Counted from the stretch's first letter, positions 35,862 through 45,253 are shown. The stretch: DNA of 64,000 bases from Patescibacteria group bacterium (GCA_041649675.1 JBAZMQ010000003.1:5335-69334), one strand, 5' to 3'. The notes: generated by a model not told the origin, from the sequence alone. A program made the numbers and translations.

Positions 35862-37601
35862 TTAGCTGGAATACATCTTTTCAATTTCTTTTTGAAAATG
35901 TTCTTCAATGGTTTTTCGTCGCAGTTTTAGAGTAGGAGTCAGCTCGTCTTTTTCTTGGCAAAATTCACTGGGCAAAATTTTAAATTTTCTAACTTTTTCC
36001 CAATCGGCCAACTGCTGATTAATTTTTTCAATTCTTTCTTTAAATAAAGCGTTTAATTTTGGCTCATTAATTAATTGGTCCGGTTCCTTGCTGGTAATAC
36101 CAATTTGGTTTAAAGCAATTGCTATTTCCTGCCAATCGGGAATAATTAAAGCCACTAAATAGCTGTGTTTATTGCCGCAAACCATTGATTGGTTAATATA
36201 ACGGTCATTATTTAAAATTAATTCAATTTGTTCTGGCCAAGCAATTTTACCGTTAGAAAAAGAAATCATTTCTTTTTTTCGGCCGATAATCATTAAAAAT
36301 CCGTCACTGCTTAAAAATCCTAAATCGCCAGTGTGCAGCCAACCTTCAGCATCAATTGCCTCTTTAGTTAGTTCCGGCTTTTGCCAATAGCCAGCCATAA
36401 CGTTTGGGCCTTTGACTAAAATTTCTTTATCTGGCGCAATTTTAATTTCCACTCCGGGTAATTGTTGGCCAACTGTTCCAAATTTAAAATTGTTTTGCCG
36501 ATTGACCGTTATTACCGGTGAAGTTTCGGTTAAGCCGTAGCCTTCGGTAATAACAATTCCGAGCCGGGCAAAAAATCTAGCGAGCTTATGGTTTAAAGTC
36601 GCGCCGCCAGAAATTGTTAATCGTAGCCTGCCGCCAAAGGTGGCTCTGATTTTATGAAAGACCAAAAAGTCGGCAACTAAATGAGAAATAGTTTTTGGCT
36701 GCTGTTTTAAAGCCCAGGTAAAAATTTTGTATTTTATTTTGCTGCCTTTTTTAGTTTTTTCCCAAATCCCGTCATGAACTCGTTCAAAAATCCGCGGAAT
36801 GGAAACTAAAACTGTCGGTTTAATTTCTTTTAAATTGAGCAGCAGCGTTTTTATGTTTTCGGCATAAGCAATACAGCTGCCGCGGCAAATCAAAGGGGCA
36901 TAATAGCCAACAGTTCGTTCCAAAACATGGGATAACGGTAAAAAAGAAAGTAAAATATCATGTTCATTAACCGGTACGGCGGTAACCGAAGCTTCGGCAT
37001 CAAATAAAAAATTGCGGTGAGTTAGCATTACGCCCTTAGGTACGGCTGTGGTGCCGGAAGTATAAATAATGCTGGCAATATCATTGGCTTCGGCCTGAAT
37101 GGTGATTGATTGATTTGAGTTTTCGCCCAATTCCATTACTGTCTGAAGGCTGACTATTTTTTTATCCAAATCGTGGTGATTATTGGGTTGGTCCAAGTCA
37201 ATAAAAATAATAGTTTTTAAATGGGGTAAATCTTTGATTATTAGCAGGAGCTTATTAAATTGTTCCTGATTGGAAACCAACAAAATCGAGCTTTGGGAGT
37301 CGTTTAAGATATGTTGAATAATTTTTGGTGATAAAGTGGTATGAACCGGTACAGTAATTGCGCCCAAAGTCATAATCGCTAAATCAGCTCTGACCCATTC
37401 GGTTCGGTTTTCGCTTAAAATGGCCACGCGATCGCCTTGATTAATCCCCAGTTCTTTCAAACCTTTAGCCATTATATTCACTCTTTTTTGCAGTTGGTCA
37501 AAAGTAATATCAATATAGGCGCCGTGGTATTTGAATTTTAAAGCCGGGCGCTTGGCAAATTTTTGTGCTGTTTCAGTAAATTTTTGGGGGATGGTCAGCA
37601 T
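35862..37601 (-). CDS. long-chain-fatty-acid--CoA ligase (AMP-binding family)
   Basis: AMP-binding motif YTSGTTAVPKGVMLTHRN, TEGYGLTE, GWLHTGD. Length 579 aa. Confidence 0.9.
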   Translation of the reverse strand: MLTIPQKFTETAQKFAKRPALKFKYHGAYIDITFDQLQKRVNIMAKGLKELGINQGDRVAILSENRTEWVRADLAIMTLGAITVPVHTTLSPKIIQHILNDSQSSILLVSNQEQFNKLLLIIKDLPHLKTIIFIDLDQPNNHHDLDKKIVSLQTVMELGENSNQSITIQAEANDIASIIYTSGTTAVPKGVMLTHRNFLFDAEASVTAVPVNEHDILLSFLPLSHVLERTVGYYAPLICRGSCIAYAENIKTLLLNLKEIKPTVLVSIPRIFERVHDGIWEKTKKGSKIKYKIFTWALKQQPKTISHLVADFLVFHKIRATFGGRLRLTISGGATLNHKLARFFARLGIVITEGYGLTETSPVITVNRQNNFKFGTVGQQLPGVEIKIAPDKEILVKGPNVMAGYWQKPELTKEAIDAEGWLHTGDLGFLSSDGFLMIIGRKKEMISFSNGKIAWPEQIELILNNDRYINQSMVCGNKHSYLVALIIPDWQEIAIALNQIGITSKEPDQLINEPKLNALFKERIEKINQQLADWEKVRKFKILPSEFCQEKDELTPTLKLRRKTIEEHFQKEIEKMYSS

Positions 37602-37603
37602 GT

Positions 37604-37660
37604 TAGGTAATTAGGTAACTAGGTAATTAGGTAACTAGGTAGTTAGGTTACCGACTTGGT
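37604..37660. repeat. tandem taggtaa(t/c) array, one flank of four-helix-bundle cassette 2
   Basis: taggtaattaggtaactaggtaattaggtaactaggtagttaggttacc. Confidence 0.7.
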
Positions 37661-37677
37661 TAGGGAGATATTTATAA

Positions 37678-38040
37678 TTAAATTTTAAGCTTGTTTATTA
37701 AAGAATTCAACATTTTCATTACTTCCAATAAAATACTGCCGACTTCCGAATAGTCAAGATATTTGCCGAAAGGCAATTGTTTTGTTATCTCTAATTGAGC
37801 TTCTAGTTCAGCTCCCGACCCAAAAGCATGTAAAAGAAAAACCCGATAGTTCTTTTGGCTGCCTCGAGCCTTGCCCTCAGCAATATTTGAGGGAATTGAA
37901 ACAGCGGCTCTTCTCATTTGAGCTGATAGACCATAAACTTCCGAAGACGGGAATTTTTCTGTTAGTTTGTATATGGCAATAACCAACTTAATTGATTTTT
38001 GCCAGACAATCAAATCTCGATAATTTGTGATTTGCGCCAT
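37678..38040 (-). CDS. four helix bundle protein (TIGR02436 family), paralog of 14685-15047
   Basis: DLIVWQKSIKLVIAIYKLTEKFP...VYGLSAQMRRAAVSIPSNIAEG. Confidence 0.8.
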   Translation of the reverse strand: MAQITNYRDLIVWQKSIKLVIAIYKLTEKFPSSEVYGLSAQMRRAAVSIPSNIAEGKARGSQKNYRVFLLHAFGSGAELEAQLEITKQLPFGKYLDYSEVGSILLEVMKMLNSLINKLKI

Positions 38041-38094
38041 ACTTTTTGGTTAATATTAAGTTTGGCGCTATGTTGATTTGTCAATTTTTTAGTC

Positions 38095-38150
38095 CCTAAT
38101 CACCTAATTTCCCAACCTAACTTCCTAATTACCTAATTACCTATTATTAC
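38095..38150. repeat. inverted copy of the taggtaat array (cctaattacctaattacct), other flank of cassette 2
   Basis: cctaatcacctaatttcccaacctaacttcctaattacctaattacctatt is the reverse complement of the 37604-37660 array. Confidence 0.7.
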
Positions 38151-38213
38151 TAAAGATCCGCTCCCCTGGCCTACCCATCGTCCGAGGGCGATAGGTAAGC
38201 CACGAAGGCGGAT

Positions 38214-39053
38214 TTAAATTTCAGAGATAAATCTATAGATTGCTTTGTAAATTAGCCAGCGTTTTTGATCTAAAGCAATATTGTGGCTGACGCCGTCAAC
38301 CCATAAAATCCGTTTATCGTTGGAAGCTAGTTTTTCGTGCAAGTATTGAGCGGAACTAGGATGGACAACGGCATCGGTATTAGAATGGATAATCAAAGTC
38401 GGGGCGGTAATATTTTTTAGGCTTGGGATGGTTGTTGTTTTTATAAATCGAAAAAGATTTTTTAAACTGGAAATGGGAATTACCGGATAGACTACTTGTT
38501 CCCCCTCGGCATAGGTAAATTTATAATTATTGCCTCTTTTTTTATAATATTTAATAAAAAAGCCGTAAGTGTATACCCGAAGTTTTGCTAATTTTTGCCA
38601 TTTGATTTTAATTGGTGTACCAATGGAAATTATTCCGGCCAAAGGATTGTTGTGTTTAGTGGCGAGATGAAAAGCTAGGTTGCCGCCAAAAGAACTGCCG
38701 ATAATAAAAATTTTTTTAGTGCTATTTTTTAAAAATAAATAGGCTTCTTCAACTGATTGTTGCCAATCTTGAATCGTGGTTTTTTCTAAATCTTGGGGGG
38801 TAGTGCCGTGGCCGGCAATTTTGGGAGCAAAAACCGTTAAGCCTTTGTCGGCCAAGTATTGGGCTAAGTCGCAGAACTCATACGGCGTACTGGTAAAGCC
38901 ATGTAATAATAAGACCCCGACTTCATTGCTGCGGGGAAAATAAATTGTTTTATCAGGATTTATAATATTTTTGAATTTAGAAAAATCAACATTTGCAAAC
39001 GGATCAGATTTGTTAGTACGTTTTTCGATGAATTCCAAAATTTCTGCAACCAT
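38214..39053 (-). CDS. alpha/beta hydrolase (esterase/lipase-like)
   Basis: GxSxG nucleophile elbow (GSSFGG) and HG oxyanion motif (LLHGF). Confidence 0.75.
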   Translation of the reverse strand: MVAEILEFIEKRTNKSDPFANVDFSKFKNIINPDKTIYFPRSNEVGVLLLHGFTSTPYEFCDLAQYLADKGLTVFAPKIAGHGTTPQDLEKTTIQDWQQSVEEAYLFLKNSTKKIFIIGSSFGGNLAFHLATKHNNPLAGIISIGTPIKIKWQKLAKLRVYTYGFFIKYYKKRGNNYKFTYAEGEQVVYPVIPISSLKNLFRFIKTTTIPSLKNITAPTLIIHSNTDAVVHPSSAQYLHEKLASNDKRILWVDGVSHNIALDQKRWLIYKAIYRFISEI

Positions 39054-39249
39054 ATTTTTTGTTTTTGTTTCTGCTTATGAAAAATACGTTAATTTAGCTA
39101 AATTGTCAAGAGGATAATAGGAGGATAAGCTGTGTTTATATCAAAAAAAATCGCAAAAAGGCCATAATTTTACCAATCTTGGGTATGGTTTCCTGTTATT
39201 TTTTATAGAAATAGGGATTATTTTAGTAGAAAGAAGGTAAAAATGAGTC

Positions 39250-40422
39250 TTAGCTTTTTTTACCTAAATCCCAGAGTAGATTGAAATAATTTAAATAGCC
39301 GCTGACTAAACTTTCATTTTTTATTTCAATAATAGCTGGTGGATTACCAAAAGTTTGTAAAATAATGGTGTCTTCCCAAATATTAAAATTAGAAGGAGTT
39401 GAATACTGTTTTGGAATTAAGCTAACCTGCAGTTGATCACCCAATCCTTTTTGGGCTTCTTTTTCTAAATTTTCAACTTTATAACTCACCCATTTCCAAA
39501 TGATTTTCTTTTTTTTAAGTAAGTTTTCATATTCCGGATAAGTATTACCCATACATTCAAACCAGCGATCACCAACGGCGCCAACCACGTAGCCGGTACT
39601 ACCCGACTTTACTCTTTTTAGTAGTCCAAGATGATAGGCTTGAAAATCCTCATACCCTTCATAAACGTTAATTTCCTGTTTTTTTTCCACCGCTCCGCTC
39701 AAAAACATTTTAGTTCTTGCCATTGTTGGCTTTTCAAAAATTTTTTCCGGCGATCCTTGTTCAGCTATTTCCCCTTTGTCTAAAAAAATAATCCGGTCCG
39801 AAATTTCTTGAGCAAATCTCATGTGATGAGTAACCACGATCATGGTTGTCCCCTCCTTGGCTAGTCGTTTTATAATTTTTAAAACTCCAGCGGCCAACTC
39901 CGGATCAAGGGCGGCAGTAATTTCATCCAATAAAATTACTTCCGGATTCATCGCTAAAGTCCGAGCAATTGCTACTCTTTGTTTTTGGCCACCGGATAAA
40001 TTTTGGGGATAGTCATTTATCTTATCTAACAGGTCAACTTTTTCTAGCCATCTTTTAGCTTCGTTGGCAGCTTGTTGTTTGGGCATTTTTTTAACCAATA
40101 TTAAGGCTTCGGTAATATTTTCCAAAGCGGTTTTGTGAGGCCATAAATTAAATTCCTGGAAAACTACCCCGATTTTTTCTCGCAGTTTATCTTTTTGTGT
40201 CTCCTTGGTTAGTTGTTCAACTTTATATTGGTCATCAATTATAATTTGGCCCTGTTCAAAAGGTTCTAGCAAAGCTAAACAGCGCAATAAAGTTGTTTTA
40301 CCGCCGCCGCTGGGACCGATGATTGAAATTATTTCTCCTTTGTTTATTTCAAAATCAATACCCTCTAAAATTAATTTTGAGTCAAATTTTTTTGATAAAT
40401 TTTTAACTTTGATTATTGACAT
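39250..40422 (-). CDS. amino-acid ABC transporter ATP-binding protein with a ~140-aa C-terminal extension
   Basis: Walker A GPSGGGKTT, signature LSGGQKQRVAIARTLA, Walker B ILLDE. The C-terminal tail ends ..YLNYFNLLWDLGKK, like the C-termini of the TrmB-like regulators in this window. Confidence 0.8.
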   Translation of the reverse strand: MSIIKVKNLSKKFDSKLILEGIDFEINKGEIISIIGPSGGGKTTLLRCLALLEPFEQGQIIIDDQYKVEQLTKETQKDKLREKIGVVFQEFNLWPHKTALENITEALILVKKMPKQQAANEAKRWLEKVDLLDKINDYPQNLSGGQKQRVAIARTLAMNPEVILLDEITAALDPELAAGVLKIIKRLAKEGTTMIVVTHHMRFAQEISDRIIFLDKGEIAEQGSPEKIFEKPTMARTKMFLSGAVEKKQEINVYEGYEDFQAYHLGLLKRVKSGSTGYVVGAVGDRWFECMGNTYPEYENLLKKKKIIWKWVSYKVENLEKEAQKGLGDQLQVSLIPKQYSTPSNFNIWEDTIILQTFGNPPAIIEIKNESLVSGYLNYFNLLWDLGKKS

Positions 40423-40426
40423 AAAA

Positions 40427-41080
40427 TTAATATTTTTTTTCCAATTTTTTCAAAACTAAAGTTAAGGGAATTATAATTATTAGATAAATGCCAGCAATGA
40501 CTGTATAAATTTCCAAGGGTCGGAAGCTAACACTGATTAAATTTTGCCCGGAGTGCAAAAGTTCATCAACCGAGATTACCGAGCTCAAGGATGTTAATTT
40601 TATTGTTTCAACATAACGCCCGGACAAAGGCGGAATAATAAGTTTAGTTGCTTGGGGGACTACAATTCTTCTGATTATTTGAAATTTTGTTAGACCCAAA
40701 GTTAAAGAAGCTTCGGTTTGACCTTTGGGTACAGATTGGATTCCAGCCCGAAAAATTTCTGCCGCAAAGCCGGCCAGGTTTAAAGAAAGACCAATTACGG
40801 CCGTTGGCAAAGCTGAGATTCGGAAGCCAGTAAAGATTGGTAAAGCGTAATAAAGCCAGACCAAAAGGACTAAAAGTGGCAAGCCAGTAAAAATTTCAAT
40901 AAAAATAATTGCTGAGTATTTTAAAAGTTTATTTTTTGAAATTTTGGCCAAGGCCAATAAGAACCCAAGAATTGTGCCAAAAATTAAGGAAAAAAAAGTC
41001 AGCTCTAAAGTCAGCATTGTTCCGTTCAGGATTGCTGTTTTGTATTCGGCAATGACATTGAAATTCCAAGTGTAATTCAT
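40427..41080 (-). CDS. amino-acid ABC transporter permease (HisM/GlnP-like)
   Basis: EAA-like loop region (EASLTLGLTKFQIIRRIVVPQA) and five TM helices. Confidence 0.8.
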   Translation of the reverse strand: MNYTWNFNVIAEYKTAILNGTMLTLELTFFSLIFGTILGFLLALAKISKNKLLKYSAIIFIEIFTGLPLLVLLVWLYYALPIFTGFRISALPTAVIGLSLNLAGFAAEIFRAGIQSVPKGQTEASLTLGLTKFQIIRRIVVPQATKLIIPPLSGRYVETIKLTSLSSVISVDELLHSGQNLISVSFRPLEIYTVIAGIYLIIIIPLTLVLKKLEKKY

Positions 41081-41145
41081 ATTAAGATTATTTTGGTAAA
41101 GAAGGCGCCTGCGTCAAAGCAGGCGCTTCTTTTATCCGAATTTTA

Positions 41146-42000
41146 TCATTGCGCTAGTAGTTGATAATTTTTCTTTTCGGTAAACCAAGTTGAATTGTAT
41201 TTTTTAGCCAAGGCATCTAATTCGCCGGTTGATTCCAGATAATTAATACCGTTGGTTAAGAAATTTAATAATTGCTGATCAGCTTGGCGCGTGGCCCAAG
41301 AGATTGGTGTGACTGAGTATGGTTCAGCAAATAATTCTCTAACTTCTAAATGGGTTTTGGCATAGCCCTTGGTTACGTCAGCCATAATTAAACCAACATC
41401 GGCCTGGCCAGCTGATACGGCTACTAGTGGTGCAGTGTTGTCAGCACTTGATTCCAAAACTAATAACTGAGCTTTGGGCAAATATTTTTTAGCGTAGGTG
41501 TCGGCGTATTCACCTTGGATAACGGCGATTTTAATGTCGGCCCGATTTAAGTCTTGAATTTTTTTGAATCGATTGTCCCCTGACTTAACCACGCCATTGT
41601 TGCCGGCAAAATAAAATGGTTGGGTAAAAGCAACCGCAGTTGAACGATTAATCATCGGATAAAATCCAGCGACTCCGGCGTCACATTTGCCAGTATTGAT
41701 GTCAGCAGCAAATCCGCCCCAACTTGATTCAACGTATGCCAGTTTTAGACTGGCATCTTCAGCAATCCTTTTTATCGCGTCAATCAGAAAGCCGGAAAGT
41801 TCGCCGGTGTTTGGATCTTTAATTACTGATGGTGGCCAAGTGGCGTAGCAAATGGTCAAGGTATTAGTTTTTAAAATCCTTGCCAAGGTATCTTCTTTTT
41901 GGCTGGAAATTGCTGCCGGTAATTTGTTTACCGACCAAAGAGCGATGATGACGGCTAATACTGACAGGACAATTGCCGCCAAACTGATTTTTTTGTTCAT
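41146..42000 (-). CDS. amino-acid ABC transporter substrate-binding protein
   Basis: Signal anchor plus family-3 solute-binding-protein pattern. Operon with the permease and ATPase. Confidence 0.75.
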   Translation of the reverse strand: MNKKISLAAIVLSVLAVIIALWSVNKLPAAISSQKEDTLARILKTNTLTICYATWPPSVIKDPNTGELSGFLIDAIKRIAEDASLKLAYVESSWGGFAADINTGKCDAGVAGFYPMINRSTAVAFTQPFYFAGNNGVVKSGDNRFKKIQDLNRADIKIAVIQGEYADTYAKKYLPKAQLLVLESSADNTAPLVAVSAGQADVGLIMADVTKGYAKTHLEVRELFAEPYSVTPISWATRQADQQLLNFLTNGINYLESTGELDALAKKYNSTWFTEKKNYQLLAQ

Positions 42001-42136
42001 ACATTCTTTAATTAATTATAAATTTAGCTATGTAAATTCTTAATATTTTTTACTCTTTTTTGAAAATGCAAGTTAGTCTTATATTTTCAAGTGGGAGGCC
42101 AAGTTTTATTCAGACTTGGCAAAACTGAGTTAGAGT

Positions 42137-42616
42137 TCATGGTTTTGATAGTAGAGTAAATCTCTTAAGACTTGCTCGACTATCACCTTTTACAAGAGAA
42201 CCACTTTTGCGGATCTCTTTAATGATCTGATTGGTAATTTCCGGTGATTTTTCCGAGGCGGCTGCTTGGGCCACAGCTTCAAACAAAGATGTTTTGGCCG
42301 TGACTTGCATTATTGCGCTTTTCCAGCCGTCAGACGCACGGACATCAGTGACCAGGTCACTGATGGAAAAAAACCTACCTTCGAGGGCAGCCACTACCTG
42401 ATCTCCCCTAATAAAAGGATTGACCAGTAAAAACTGTCCTCTAGTCGTTTCCTTAAACGTGCCTGCCTCTGGCACGAAAAGGAAGCGACTGGTTTCCGCC
42501 TTCTTCGGCCAAAAGGCTTTAATCATTTTTTCTTCTTTTTGGCCACAAAAGATAAAGGCCAGGCAGGTGACAACCACGACTGTTACTGCAATTGATAGTC
42601 CAGTGTGCTTTTTCAT
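42137..42616 (-). CDS. hypothetical secreted/lipoprotein-like protein
   Basis: N-terminal signal-like segment ending in Cys (VVTCLAFIFCGQ). Confidence 0.45.
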   Translation of the reverse strand: MKKHTGLSIAVTVVVVTCLAFIFCGQKEEKMIKAFWPKKAETSRFLFVPEAGTFKETTRGQFLLVNPFIRGDQVVAALEGRFFSISDLVTDVRASDGWKSAIMQVTAKTSLFEAVAQAAASEKSPEITNQIIKEIRKSGSLVKGDSRASLKRFTLLSKP

Positions 42617-42822
42617 GGTAACTCTCCTTGTTTTAGTTTAGGGTTCAATTGTTAAACTTTTAGCTTAACAATTCATTATACTAGATGTTTATAAATTTGT
42701 CAATTATATTGAATAAATAATTTGAAGTCATTGACAAATTTTCTAAAATAAGCTAAAATTATAATAATAAAATCGTCAAGATTATCGGCAATTTTATTAA
42801 AATAAGCTAAAATATTAATAAT

Positions 42823-43563
42823 ATGATCAAAGAATCACTACAAAAATACGGTTTATCCAACAAAGAAGCCGATGTTTATTTGGCGCTTTTGGAGCTTGGT
42901 AAGGCTAAAAGTAGAGAAATTGCCACTAAAACTAAACTGCCCCGCTCAACGGTTTATAGTGTGCTGGAATTTTTAGAAAAGAAAGGCCTGGTTTTTTCTT
43001 TTGATCAAGGTAAAATTAAAACCTACGTGGCCCAAGATCCAGTGAGGATTGTTTCGGATATTGCCAGCCAGGCTCAAGCTATTAAAACAATTTTTCCGGA
43101 ATTAAAAGATTTATATCAAGGGGCTAAAACAAAACCGCAAATAAAATATTATCAGGGCGTTTCCGAGTTAAAAGGAATGTATAATGGCATTCTAAAAATA
43201 AAAGACTTAAAAAGTTATGATATTGTGGCAGCTGAAGGTTATTGGCTCAAGTTAGATGAAAAATTTTTACAAGATTTTAAAAAACGAAGGGCAGAGGCCG
43301 GCATAAAAACCCGATTAATATTGGATAATTCTCAAGCTTCTCTTGAGCGTAAAGCCAATGAAGAAAAAACTAACTCAGAGGTAAAAATTATGCCACCGAG
43401 CATGGCTCAATTTAAAATTTCTGCTGGAACTTATATTTTTAAGGATAAAGTAATTTTTATTGCCTATAAAAAAGAATTAATTGCAGTGGAAATAATTTCC
43501 GAAGAGATTTCCTCGTTACTAAAAATGATGTTTGAATTTTGCTGGCAATTTTTAGCCAAGTAG
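42823..43563 (+). CDS. TrmB-family transcriptional regulator
   Basis: N-terminal wHTH LSNKEADVYLALLELGKAKSREIATKTKLPRSTVYSVLEFLEKKGLV. Confidence 0.75.
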   Translation: MIKESLQKYGLSNKEADVYLALLELGKAKSREIATKTKLPRSTVYSVLEFLEKKGLVFSFDQGKIKTYVAQDPVRIVSDIASQAQAIKTIFPELKDLYQGAKTKPQIKYYQGVSELKGMYNGILKIKDLKSYDIVAAEGYWLKLDEKFLQDFKKRRAEAGIKTRLILDNSQASLERKANEEKTNSEVKIMPPSMAQFKISAGTYIFKDKVIFIAYKKELIAVEIISEEISSLLKMMFEFCWQFLAK

Positions 43564-43662
43564 GCTAGAATAAAAAAGACTTTTCAATAAATAGAACCCC
43601 GTCTAAAACTCAAAATTATTTGATTTAAAAGTTTTGAGCGATGTCGGCAAGAGACTTTTATC

Positions 43663-43728
43663 CCGCCATATGCTCCTGTAGCTTCCGCCAAAGGCGGATC
43701 CGCCTTTGGCCCCTCACCATGCCTCTGA
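43663..43728. repeat. left arm of the nested inverted repeats enclosing tRNA-Arg(CCT)
   Basis: Outer IR ccgccatatgctcctg matches caggagcgtatggcgg at 43891-43906. Hairpin gccaaaggcgg-at-ccgcctttggc at 43687-43710. Inner IR cctttggcccctcaccatgcc matches ggcatggtgaggggccaaagg just 3' of the tRNA. Confidence 0.75.
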
Positions 43729-43800
43729 GCCCCTGTAGTTCAAAGGATAGAACAAGAGACTCCTAAGCTCTGGATGGAGGTTCGATTCCTCCCGGGGGCA
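43729..43800 (+). tRNA. tRNA-Arg (anticodon CCT)
   Basis: Acceptor gcccctg/cgggggc, D-arm gttc-aaaggata-gaac, anticodon loop ctCCTaa (4 bp stem plus one mismatch), T-arm ggagg-ttcgatt-cctcc. Confidence 0.7.
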
Positions 43801-43909
43801 TGGTGAGGGGCCAAAGGACATATAATAAGTTTCCCGACGTAAAATCGGGATCCCAATTCCGCTATAGGCAGACATCGGGACAACTCCTACCAGGAGCGTA
43901 TGGCGGGGT

Positions 43910-43948
43910 CTAAGCTCTGGATGGAGGTTAGATTTCCTCCTAAGGGCA
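43910..43948 (+). repeat. partial copy of tRNA-Arg(CCT), anticodon loop through T-arm (ctaagctctggatggaggttagatttcctcc)
   Basis: Near-identical to tRNA positions 33-64, with substitutions in the T-loop and the acceptor 3' strand. 110 nt downstream of the intact gene. Confidence 0.75.
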
Positions 43949-43986
43949 AGTAAACAAATATTAATGATAAACTCGCCATTACCCTT

Positions 43987-44057
43987 GGGCCTATGGTCCA
44001 GTGGTACGACGCCACATTCGCATTGTGGAGACGGCAGTTCGATTCTGCCTAGGTCCA
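43987..44057 (+). tRNA. tRNA-Ala (anticodon CGC)
   Basis: Acceptor gggccta/taggtcc with the G3:U70 Ala identity pair, anticodon stem ccaca/tgtgg with loop ttCGCat, T-arm ggcag-ttcgatt-ctgcc. Confidence 0.7.
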
Positions 44058-44096
44058 GAGGTAATGGCAGGTATAAGAAGTTTTTTATTGATTCAC

Positions 44097-44134
44097 CAAA
44101 AATAACCTTTTTTGTCCAAAAAAGGTTATTTTTG
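44097..44134 (+). terminator. rho-independent terminator (caaaaataacctttttt...aaaaaaggttatttttg)
   Basis: 17-bp inverted repeat, AT-rich, after the tRNA pair. Confidence 0.55.
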
Positions 44135-44439
44135 TATTTATAAAAAATATTTTACGACTCAATTTTTAGTTTAAATTTAGCCAAAATTTTAATTAACATT
44201 TAAATTATATATATTTTTTTGCCAAATTTAAACAAAATTTTAGAGAATTTAAACAAAATATCTAGGTACTAATATTATTCATTATATATTTATCTAATTT
44301 TAGGTAAATTTTTGAGTCGTTAAATATTTATGTTAAAATTATCAACAGCTAAACCCTTGACAATATTCTGATTATATAATAGAATAGAAAGGCTCTTTAT
44401 TGTAATAATCAGGTTTTGCCTCATCAATTTGAGTGTATG

Positions 44440-44690
44440 CCTGTTTTTTTGACCTTACTCTGGGCTGGTTTTTGTTCTGCCTCTCCAGCTCAGTGCGGGG
44501 CGGCTGTCTTCCGCATATTGTAGCACCCACATCTGGTGCTCACATTGGACCTTGCGTCTATTTTTCTGCGGCGGCAGCTCCATTGATCAGGACCCGATCA
44601 AGTCATTTCTCTTGGGCAAGCTGAATAAGCTTGTGGCATTGGAGTGATTTGATTCGGGTCCTTTGTCATATTCTCTTAATTTTGCTTGAT
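44440..44690. other. GC-rich structured non-coding segment inside an AT-rich spacer, candidate small RNA
   Basis: Local hairpins tgcgg...ccgca and agcacc-cacatct-ggtgct. Long-range IR aggacccgatcaa / ttgattcgggtcct. The 63-aa ORF here has no RBS. Confidence 0.3.
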
Positions 44691-44826
44691 TTTATTACTT
44701 TTTTGACAAGCCTTGAAGTTGATTATATAATACATTCATTATTTAAAGTTATTTAGTATTAATATGGGCTCTTAGCCTGTTCATTATAATTTGAAAATTT
44801 AAATATTACCGCATACTAACACCAAT

Positions 44827-44900
44827 GGGCCCTTAGCTCAGTTGGCTAGAGCGCTTCCATGGCATGGAAGAGGCCAAGGGTTCAAATCCCTTAGGGTCCA
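44827..44900 (+). tRNA. tRNA-Ala (anticodon GGC)
   Basis: Acceptor gggccct/agggtcc with G3:U70, D-arm agctcagttggctagagc, anticodon stem cttcc/ggaag with loop atGGCat, T-arm ggg-ttcaaat-ccc. Confidence 0.8.
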
Positions 44901-44968
44901 TTGGCGTTGGTAGGCGGTGAAGGGAGTCACCCGAACGTAATATCGGATTTGGACTCACCAAAATATCT

Positions 44969-45253
44969 ATGAGTTACTATGTTTATTTTTTGAAAAGCAT
45001 AAAGAATAATAAAATCTATACAGGATACACTAAAATAGACCCAATTTTAAGAATTAAACAACACAACCAGGGAACGGATAAATGGACTAAAGAAAATGGT
45101 CCATTTTTGTTGTTATATTATGAAAAATATTGTTGTAAAAAAGATGCTATTTTGAGAGAAAAATTTTATAAAACAGGTATTGGCAGAAGAATTCACAATG
45201 CAATAATTAGCTCAGTTTCCGCCAAAGGCGGACCCGCCTTTGGCGGGGGCTAG
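44969..45253 (+). CDS. GIY-YIG nuclease-domain protein (UPF0213 / YhbQ-like)
   Basis: YVYFLKS..NKIYTGYT....R...HN.G is the GIY-YIG signature. 94 aa. The last 11 codons (SAKGGPAFGGG) read through the ccgccaaaggcgg palindrome. Confidence 0.7.
   Translation: MSYYVYFLKSIKNNKIYTGYTKIDPILRIKQHNQGTDKWTKENGPFLLLYYEKYCCKKDAILREKFYKTGIGRRIHNAIISSVSAKGGPAFGGG
45219..45246. repeat. palindromic hairpin ccgccaaaggcgg-ac-ccgcctttggcgg
   Basis: 13-bp stem with a 2-nt loop. Same family as 43687-43710 and 337-349. Confidence 0.8.

Noticed and set aside
37604-38150. Possible CRISPR array suggested by the tandem taggtaat repeats
   Set aside because: Repeat units are 7-8 nt with no unique spacers. Arrays are only 40-55 nt and occur as inverted pairs around a gene. 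No cas genes are present in the window.
44433-44624. 63-aa ORF in the tRNA-Ala upstream spacer
   Set aside because: No RBS. Sequence is GC-rich and hairpin-dense, better explained as structured RNA or DNA.
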